A stretch of 64,000 nucleotides of DNA, taken from Planctomycetota bacterium (GTDB lineage Bacteria > Planctomycetota > UBA8742 > UBA2392). Shown here in pieces: positions 56,662-64,000 of the stretch (its first letter is position 1; every line of letters begins with the position of its first letter). The notes beneath the pieces were generated by a model that worked only from the letters and a program-made list of their open reading frames with translations, was not told where the DNA came from and searched no databases. The translations under genes were made by a program, and so were the position numbers. The stretch lies in the NCBI GenBank assembly GCA_022071975.1, contig JAJVIO010000035.1, positions 15,162 to 79,161 of the forward strand, in the 5' to 3' direction.

Positions 56662-57498
56662 CTACTGACCCAGTTGCAACAGGTTGACGTGGTAGGCGCG
56701 CTTTAGCGGCGGGTAGACGGCGCCGAGCAGCGGCCCCAGGTACCGGTAATAGGCCGGCAGGCGGCGCGGGTGGGCGTAGAGCATGTGGTAGAAACTGCGG
56801 CTGTCCACCATACGAAAGCGCGGATCCCAACCCTCCACCTCGCGCGCGTCCCCCACCGCCCAGGTGAACTGCGCCTCGAAATGCCGCATCGCGTCGTGCC
56901 GGCGCTGGTGGCGCAGCACCAGCGGGCTCATGGAATCATAGGCCAGGCGCGCGGCGGGAAACGCGTCGGCGGCGCGCTCGAACAGTTCACGCACCTGCCC
57001 GGGCTCGAAATACACCAGCACACCCTCACTGGCGATGAACCATGGTCCCTGGCTATGGGCGCGCACGTGCTCAATCCAGTCTTCGCCCAGCGCCGAGGCG
57101 CTGAGCATGGTGCGCCGCGGCGTGTCTTCAAAGAACTCGCGACGCAGCTCGATGGCATCCGGCAGATCCAGCTCGAACCAGCGGGCACGGCCGTTGTCCA
57201 CGCGCTCAAATCGGCTGTTGAGGCCGACGCCGAGCTCGATCACCGTGCCCTCCGGGTGCTCGGCCAAAAACGCGCGCACCCAGCGGTCCACCTGCGCGCC
57301 GCGCACGCAGCAGCCGAGCTGGCTGGCGCGGGCGGCATCCAGCGGCGAGAAGTCATAATCCAGCGCGTGAAGGATCTCGCGCGACTTCGGGTCATGCAGC
57401 ACCGGCCGTGGCTCGTCACATTCCCGCGCCCGTGCCCACAAGGGGACCAGCAGGGTTTCCTGCACGGTGCCGAGCTTGACCGGAATTTTGGCCGTCAT
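56662..57498 (-). CDS. Class I SAM-dependent methyltransferase (TcmP/LCM-like)
   Basis: VQETLLVPLWARA, ELGVGLNSR, ELDLPD and SEGVLVY motifs. Confidence 0.9.
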   Translation of the reverse strand: MTAKIPVKLGTVQETLLVPLWARARECDEPRPVLHDPKSREILHALDYDFSPLDAARASQLGCCVRGAQVDRWVRAFLAEHPEGTVIELGVGLNSRFERVDNGRARWFELDLPDAIELRREFFEDTPRRTMLSASALGEDWIEHVRAHSQGPWFIASEGVLVYFEPGQVRELFERAADAFPAARLAYDSMSPLVLRHQRRHDAMRHFEAQFTWAVGDAREVEGWDPRFRMVDSRSFYHMLYAHPRRLPAYYRYLGPLLGAVYPPLKRAYHVNLLQLGQ

Positions 57499-57759
57499 CG
57501 CAAGTCCTGAGGCAAAGGCCGGATACTACGGAAATCAACTCCGCCGCCAATGCCCGTGATGAATGCTAAGGCGGGCAAATCTGAGAATTTCGAAACCGCG
57601 CCCCGGCATGCCCCGTTTCAAGGGCGTTGGAGATTCGCGTCCGAAGTACCGAGGCCCGCGTTTTACGAAGCGGTTACAGGGATTGAGCACCAGGGCGAAT
57701 TCCAGCGCGTACTATTCATGTGTGGCCGCGGGGGCCACGAACAACCAAGGAGCGCTGTT

Positions 57760-58293
57760 ATGAAAAACCTGTTGAGCATGCTGGGAATCGCCGCCTTCAC
57801 CATGGTCGCCTCACTGGCCGTGCTGGGCCCCACGTCCGCCGATGCCGCCGACGGCGAAGAGGCCAAGACGGCTGAAACACTGAAAAAGGTCAACGCCGTC
57901 ATCTCCATGCCGAAGCTTGAGGAAGACAACTGCGTCGTCACCCTCAAGGCCGACAAGGAGTCCTACGCCGCGGGCGAGAAGCCGGTACTGACTGTCGAGG
58001 TCAAGAACGACGGCAAGGAAGCAGTCGAGAAGAAGATCACCGTCTCGATGTCCACCCGCGACCTGGAAAGCCGCGGCCGCATGCCGGCCATGACCCGCGT
58101 GGTCTGGACCAAGACCACCACGGTGTCGCTGGCCGCCGGCGAATCCAAGAGCGTGACGCTCGAGACCGAAACCGAGATCGACGCCAGCAAGGCCACCTCG
58201 TTCAGCATGTCGGGCGACGAGAGCGAAGAGGTCGTGAAGGAAGCGCGCCTGCGCAAGGCCGTTGAAGAGGTAGTGCGCCGCAACGCGAACTAA
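57760..58293 (+). CDS. Secreted Ig-like beta-sandwich protein
   Basis: AAGGAG RBS, signal peptide, DKESYAAGE...VKNDG...LAAGESKSVTL pattern. Confidence 0.7.
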   Translation: MKNLLSMLGIAAFTMVASLAVLGPTSADAADGEEAKTAETLKKVNAVISMPKLEEDNCVVTLKADKESYAAGEKPVLTVEVKNDGKEAVEKKITVSMSTRDLESRGRMPAMTRVVWTKTTTVSLAAGESKSVTLETETEIDASKATSFSMSGDESEEVVKEARLRKAVEEVVRRNAN

Positions 58294-58314
58294 CGCAGGG
58301 GAACGGGCGGGAGA

Positions 58315-59460
58315 ATGGCCATGAGCGCAACCGGCAAGCCGTTTCGCCTGCACTGGCCCCTCGGGGTGATCTTGGGACTTATTGCCGCGCTGCTTGCGAT
58401 GCCTCTGCTCAAGAGCACGCCGCGCGCGGAGACCACGGTCGGCCCGGTGCTCAGTGACTGCGACGGCGAGATCCGGGAGCTGGTGATCCAGTACACCAGC
58501 GACTCGGCCGAGATTGTCGCCAATCCCTTCCGCGATTTCCTTACCCAGTTGCCGAAAGCGGTCACGGTGCACGTGGTGTGCCGTGACCGCGCGGCATTTG
58601 ACGACCTGAAAAGCCGCGTGGGCGAAACCGCCTGCACGCTCAACCCGATCTTCGTGGACCACCCCATCACTTCATGGTCGCGCGACCGCTGGATCTGCCT
58701 GCGGCCGGCGGGCAGCGCGGTCGCCTACACCGTGCTGTCGCCCCAGGGCGAAATGGGCGCCGACGCCTGGCCCGAACGCAAGGGCGACGAGCAGATCGGC
58801 GACGACCTGGCGGCCGCCCTGGCGCCTCACGTCACGGCCGTGCGCAGCCCTCTGTGGTTTGATGGCGGCGACTTCGTGTGCGACGAGGAGACGGCGTTCG
58901 TCACGCCCAACGTGCGCAAGCGCAACATGCAGAACACCGTCAAGTCCGAAGAGGAGCTGCTGGCGCGGCTGCGGGAAATCACAGGGCGAAAGGTCGTGCT
59001 GCTGAAGAACGCGCCGGACCACCACGCGGGCATGTACATGATGGCCGTGGGCAACCGCACCGTGCTGGTCGGCGACCCGCGCCTTACCCGCGAGTTGCTG
59101 GGCGATGAGGCCGAGAAGCTTCCCCTGCCCCCCGGCCTCGACAACAGCGACGAGTGCCAGGCTCGCTTCGACGCCGTGGCCGAACAATGCCGCGAGGCCG
59201 GCTACAACGTGGTGCGCATCCCCATCGCGCCGGGCAAAGACGGCCGCATGTTCATCACCTACCTGAACGTGATCCTGGACCAGCGCGACGGCAAGCGCGT
59301 GGTGTTCATGCCCTGGATCGATCATGCCCAGCGCTTGAACGAGGCCGCTGAGCAGGTATGGGAAAAGGCCGGCTACGAAGTGAAACGCGTGAATTGCACG
59401 GACTGCTACAAGTTCTTCGGCAGCCTGCGCTGCCTGGTAAACGTGCTGAAACGCGGCTAA
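58315..59460 (+). CDS. Exported amidinotransferase/agmatine- or peptidylarginine-deiminase-like (pentein) enzyme
   Basis: N-terminal hydrophobic segment; WSRD, DGGD, HHAGMY, TYLN and C-terminal GSLRC, the usual pentein D/H/C layout. Confidence 0.75.
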   Translation: MAMSATGKPFRLHWPLGVILGLIAALLAMPLLKSTPRAETTVGPVLSDCDGEIRELVIQYTSDSAEIVANPFRDFLTQLPKAVTVHVVCRDRAAFDDLKSRVGETACTLNPIFVDHPITSWSRDRWICLRPAGSAVAYTVLSPQGEMGADAWPERKGDEQIGDDLAAALAPHVTAVRSPLWFDGGDFVCDEETAFVTPNVRKRNMQNTVKSEEELLARLREITGRKVVLLKNAPDHHAGMYMMAVGNRTVLVGDPRLTRELLGDEAEKLPLPPGLDNSDECQARFDAVAEQCREAGYNVVRIPIAPGKDGRMFITYLNVILDQRDGKRVVFMPWIDHAQRLNEAAEQVWEKAGYEVKRVNCTDCYKFFGSLRCLVNVLKRG

Positions 59461-59550
59461 CCAAAGCCCGGGGTGCGAACCCCGGGCGTGTTACGATTGA
59501 TCCGCGGCAACACCCTGATTCGCCCGGGATTGGCATCCCGGGCTTTGGTT
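59459..59550. repeat. REP doublet (30-bp inverted arms)
   Basis: AACCAAAGCCCGGGGTGCGAACCCCGGGCG (59459-59488) vs CGCCCGGGATTGGCATCCCGGGCTTTGGTT (59521-59550); each arm is itself a hairpin. Confidence 0.75.
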
Positions 59551-59671
59551 TTTGTGCACCTAACCCGTTTGACCGCCGCGACTTTCGTTCATCGTGATCT
59601 TTTCTGCTTTTCCGGAACCTCGCCACCGCACCTGCGTCCAAAACGAACTGGTTCTGTTCAAGGGGAACGTT

Positions 59672-62600
59672 ATGGGCTCTTCCTTTAATCTACGGCGCTG
59701 GCGCGGGCCTTTGCTGGGCGGCGCGTTCGCCCTGGCCGTGATGGCCGGCCTTTCGCCATTTAACGGCCAGGACAAAACGCCTGACCTGGGCGGCAACGAC
59801 CGCTACCTCGCCCACATCTCAACCGACAAGCCGATCTACCGGCCGGGCGAAACCCTCTACCTGCGCTCGGTGCTGCTGCACGCCTTCAAGCACACGCCAT
59901 TGAAAGGCGCCCAGTACGCGCAAGCCAAGGTCACCAATTCGCGCGGCTCGGTGGTGATGGAGTCCAACTTCCGCATCGATGACTCCGCGGGCGGCGCAAG
60001 CTGGGAAATTCCCAAAAACATTGCCGGCGGCGAATACACCGTGAAGGTCACCTTCCCCAACAGCGGCTACGCGCCCGCCGAGCGCAAGTTCGACATCCGC
60101 GCCTACCGCGCCCCGCGCATCAAGAGCCAGCTCGAGTTCGTGCGTAAGGCCTACGGCCCCGGCGACACCGTAAGCGCCGTGCTGAACGCCACCCGCGCCG
60201 AGGGCGGCGCGCCCAGCGGCGCCAAGGTCACGGCCGTGGCGCGCATCGACGGCGCCGAGGTGTGGCGCGGCGAAACCAGGGTTGACGCCAAGGGCAACTG
60301 CTCGGTCTCGTTTGACCTGCCGGAGAAGATCGAAACCGGCGTGGGCTCGCTCTCGCTGGTGATTGAAGATGGCGGTGTGGTCGAGACGGCATCCAAGACC
60401 CTGCCGATCCTGCTGCAGCAGATTCCCATCGCCTTCAGCCCCGAGGGCGGCGACCTGGTCGCCGGCCTGGAGTGCGGCCTGTACTTCGAGGCGCTGACGC
60501 CCTGGGGCGACCCGGCGGACGTCAGCGGCGAAATCCGCGACGCCAAGGGCAACCGCGTGGCCGACTTCGCAACCACGCACGAAGGGCGCGGCAGCCTGAA
60601 GTTCACGCCCGCCGCGGACACCGAGTACTTCGCCCACATCACCAGCCCCAAGGGCATCACCGTGGCGGCGCCGCTGCCCAAAGTATTGAAGGAAGGCGCC
60701 AGCCTGCGCGCCGCGCAGCCGGTGTACGGCGCGGGCGAGGCGCTGGGCTTCAACGTCGCCAGCAGCAAGGGCGGCGCCTGCAAGCTGGTGCTGTCCCAGC
60801 GCGAGACCGAAGTGGCCGCGCAGAAACTTGACCTGAAGGCCGGGGAAAGCGCGCTGGTCAGCCTGACGCCGGCCACCGACATCGACGGCGTGCTGCGCGC
60901 CACCCTGTTTGACGCCAACGACAAGCCACTGGCCGAGCGCCTGGTGTTCCGCAGGCCGCAGCGCGAGCTGAACATAGAGATCGTCGCCAGCCCCGAGCAC
61001 GCGGTGCCCGGCGACAAGGTGGAGCTCACGATCCGCACGACCACGTCTAAGGGCGAGCCGGTCGCGGCCACCGTGGGCCTGACCGTCACCGACGACGCGG
61101 TGCTGCAGATGATCGAGACCCGCAAGCAGGCCCCGCGCCTGCCGGTGATGGCGCTGCTCGAGAACGAGGTCGATCACCTCGAGGACGCACACGTTTACCT
61201 CAGCGCCGACCCCAAGGCCGCGGCGGGCATCGACCTGCTGCTCGGCACCCAGGGCTGGCGCCGCTTCAGCTACCTGAACGCCGAGGAGTTCATGCGCAAG
61301 CACGGCGACAAGGCCAAGCGCGCCCTGGCCTTCCGCAACCCGCCCCCGCCCGCGATGCCGCGCGGCGGTGGTTGCTGGGGAGGCGGCGGCGTCGCAGGCA
61401 GGCCGCGTCCGGCCGCAGGTCCGCAACCGGAAGACGCCCGCGATGAAGTCAACGAAGACGGCGCCGTCGAGGGCCAGGGTGAAGCCCCGCCGGAGCCGAA
61501 CAACGCGGCGCCCGCCGAGGAGCCGGCCGAGGAAAAGGCTGCCAGCAAGGTCCACCGCGACGCGGAAGAAGCTGAGATGGCCGACGACAAGATCGCGGGC
61601 GAACGCCTGCGCCGCAAGGCCCAGGCCATGGTCGCAATTCGCGAGTACGCCCACCAGTTGCGCGCAGGCCGTCAGGCCGGCGACCGCAAGGATTTCACCG
61701 AGACGCTGTACTGGAACGCCGGCGTGAAAACCAACGAGCGCGGCGAGGCCAAGGTCAGCTTCTTCCTCAGTGACTCGGTCACCAGCTTCCGCGTGATGGC
61801 CGACGGCTTCAACGACGCCGGCGCGCTCGGCCAGGCCGACGCGCTGGTCACCTCGCGCAAGCCCTTCTACCTCGAGCCCAAGCTGCCGCTTGAAGTCACC
61901 GCGGGCGACGTGGTGATGCTGCCCGTCTCCCTGGTGAACTCCACCAGCGGCGGCATGAAGGTTGTGCTGGAAGCCAGCGGCGGCGAGGCCATCTCCCTGC
62001 CGGAAAACTTCAACGGCGAGCTGGAGCTCAAGTCCGACTCGCGCGGCCGTCTGCTGCTGCCGGTCCGTGTCGGCCGCGCCAACGGCATGCTGACCCTGAC
62101 GCTGGACGGCAAGGCCGGCGCCTTCAGCGACCGCGTGACGCGCGAGTTCGCGGTCAAGCCGCTCGGCTTCCCCATGAGCTTCACGGCCGGCGGCATGATG
62201 GACAAGCCGCAGGCGATCACCGTGACGATCCCCGAGGACGTGCACCGCAGCACGATCACCACCTCGGCCAAGGTGTACCCCACGCCGGCGGCCAACCTGA
62301 TGGCGGCCATGGAGCGGCTGATCACCGAGCCCTATGGCTGATTCGAGCAGTGTAGCTCGGTGAGCTACCCGCTTGTGATGGCCCAGCAGTACATGACCAC
62401 CCACACCGGCGTTGACCCCAAGCTGGTGGTGCGCGCCAACGAGATGCTGGAGAAGAGCTACAAGATCCTCACCAGCTTCGAGTGCGACAAGGGCGGCTTC
62501 GAGTGGTTCGGCCAGGGCGCCGGCCACGAGAGCCTCACGGCCTACGGCGTGTTGCAGTTCCAGGACATGGCCAAGGTCTACCCGGTAGATGAAGCGATGC

Positions 62601-63748
62601 TGAAGCGCACCAAGGAATGGCTGCTGAGCCGCAAGAACGACAAGGGCGGCTTCGACGTCAACCCGCGCTTCCTGCACGACTGGGGCTGCCCGCAGTACAT
62701 CGCGGACGCCTACATCGTGTGGTCGCTGACCGAGGGCGGCGACCGCAACCTCGACCAGCAGATCGACGTGCTGGTGCGCGACGCGGCCGAACGGGATGAC
62801 CCGTACTACAACGGCCTGGTCGCTCTCAGCCTGTTCAACGTCGATCGCCCCGAGGACGCCCGCAAGCTGCTGGCCCGCGTGGCCAAGCACCTGAAGGAAG
62901 ACGGCAGCGTGGTTGACAGCAAGACCACCGTGGTGAACTCGAGCGGCGACGCGCTGCTGATCGAGACCACGGCCGTGGCGGCGCTGGCCTTCCTGCGCGA
63001 CCGCGAATACGCGGGCCACGTCGAGCAGGCCATGCAGTGGCTGACCACGCGCTGCAAGGACGGCCGTTTCGGCTCGACCCAGTCCACGGTGCTGGCGCTG
63101 AAGGCGATCGTCGCCTATGACGCCGCGCGCGCCGTGCCCAAGGCCGACGGCACCCTGCTGCTGATCGTGGACGGCAGCGAGTGGGCCAAAGTGCCCTTCA
63201 CCAAGGAGACCACCGGCACCATCGAGCTGCCGAACTTCGCCGAGGCGCTGTCGCCCGGCAAGCACCGCATCGAGCTGCGCATGAAAGATGGCTCGCCGAT
63301 GCCGTACTCGTTCGACGTCAGCTTCTACTCGACCAAGCCGGTGAACGACCCGGAGTGCGAACTGGACCTGACTGTCACGCTGGCCAGCAGCGAAATCAGC
63401 GAGGGTGAGTCCACCGAGGTCAACGTCACCCTGCTCAACACCGACAAGCTGGAAGGCCAGAACATGGCCATGGCCATCGTCGGCCTGCCGGGCGGGCTCG
63501 AGCCCCGCCACGAGAAACTGAAGGAGCTGGTCAAGGCCGGTACCATCAACGCCTACGAGGTCCGCGGCCGTGACGTGATCTTCTACTTCACGACCATGCA
63601 GCCGGGCCAGGAAGCGAAGTTCAGCTTCGACGTGATCGCGGCGATCCCCGGCGAGTACAAGGGCCAGGCCAGCCGCGCCTACTGCTACTACGCGGACGAA
63701 TACCGCAAGTGGGTGGACGGCCTGAGCGTCAAGATCAACGCCCGCTAA
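59672..63748 (+). CDS. Alpha-2-macroglobulin / thioester-containing protein, 1358 aa, predicted selenoprotein (Sec890 at the thioester Cys position)
   Basis: MG domains (TDKPIYRPGE, FSPEGG), bait region, DFTETLYW, thioester-domain motifs (GGFEWFG, ETTA, GSTQSTVLAL) and C-terminal domain. The two ORF-track ORFs share one frame and are separated only by TGA 62339-62341 in EPYG*FEQCSS. Confidence 0.85.
62342..62375 (+). promoter_or_regulatory. Bacterial SECIS-like hairpin directly 3' of the in-frame UGA
   Basis: Upper stem GTAGCTC (62352-58) / GAGCTAC (62362-68), apical loop GGT beginning after a 17-nt spacer from UGA, lower stem CGAGC (62344-48) / GCTTG (62371-75). Confidence 0.75.
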
Positions 63749-63761
63749 GGGCGGCAATCGC

Positions 63762-63799
63762 AAGCGGCCCGGGGAGCGTTCCCCGGGCCGCTTCGTTTT
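63762..63799 (+). terminator. Rho-independent terminator
   Basis: AAGCGGCCCGGGGA-GCGT-TCCCCGGGCCGCTT then CGTTTT. Confidence 0.8.
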
Positions 63800-63816
63800 A
63801 TCATTGACACGTCAAG

Positions 63817-64000
63817 TCAGCGCGCCAGCCGCGCAAGCACACGCGCGCTGATCTCGCGCGTGCCGACAACCCCGGTTCCCGGCAGGTCCGCCGTGTGGGC
63901 GCCTTCGGCCAGCGTATTGAGCACCGCCGCCTCGATCGCATTGGCCTCGCGCTCCAGGCCCAGACCGTGGCGGCACAGCATGGCAGCAGAGAGCATCGCG
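63817..64000 (-). CDS. leuB: 3-isopropylmalate dehydrogenase, 3' end only
   Basis: Manual translation ...AMLSAAMLCRHGLGLEREANAIEAAVLNTLAEGAHTADL...GTREISARV matches the LeuB/IDH-family C-terminus. Confidence 0.75.
   Translation of the reverse strand, partial: AMLSAAMLCRHGLGLEREANAIEAAVLNTLAEGAHTADLPGTGVVGTREISARVLARLAR

Noticed and set aside
62339-62341. Genome-wide reassignment of TGA (to Trp or Gly) as the explanation for the in-frame stop
   Set aside because: TGA ends many genes at their expected C-termini (rne 23501-03, hemB 41546-48, nadC, tnpA, ATGA/GTGA overlaps), TGG is used for Trp, and the aligned residue is Cys.
59594-63748. Two separate macroglobulin genes, as in the ORF track
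   Set aside because: The break is inside the thioester motif, both parts are in frame, and the second part has no signal peptide or convincing RBS. A TGC-to-TGA nonsense change or base error remains possible but does not explain the SECIS-like hairpin.
59819-63763. Very long antisense ORFs (also 50099..53224, 14839..17076, 6824..8695, 3587..5548)
   Set aside because: They mirror well-supported genes on the opposite strand, carry no motifs, and are the expected shadow of strong GC3 codon bias.

Overview
High-GC chromosomal window from a diderm bacterium (kdsA, outer-membrane barrels, lipoproteins). The gene mix suggests Planctomycetota or a similar lineage, but that is inference only. It holds about 45 CDSs, including housekeeping genes (mtnA, rne/rng, kdsA, nadC, thiolase, hemB, yidD, 3' end of leuB), three tRNAs (Pro-GGG, Phe-GAA, Pro-UGG), a stand-alone Y1/HUH transposase inside long inverted repeats, and many REP-like and heptamer repeats. 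The standout signal is an alpha-2-macroglobulin/thioester protein (59672..63748) that the ORF track splits in two. Its single in-frame TGA (62339-62341) falls exactly on the thioester cysteine (PYG-*-FEQ) and is followed directly by a bacterial SECIS-like hairpin. This predicts a selenocysteine-containing, possibly selenoester-forming macroglobulin, which also has a His at the position of the complement C3-type catalytic His. Other notable items are a covarying structured element fused to duplicated tRNA 3' ends at two different tRNA genes, three coupled ClpA/B-like ATPases with degenerate first Walker B motifs (two with release-factor-like tails), a PP2C-STAND-TPR protein, a Fur-box/porin/cytochrome c module, a long intergenic RNA rod, and a probable frameshift in an APC-USP transporter. 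All calls come from reading the sequence; no database searches were run.
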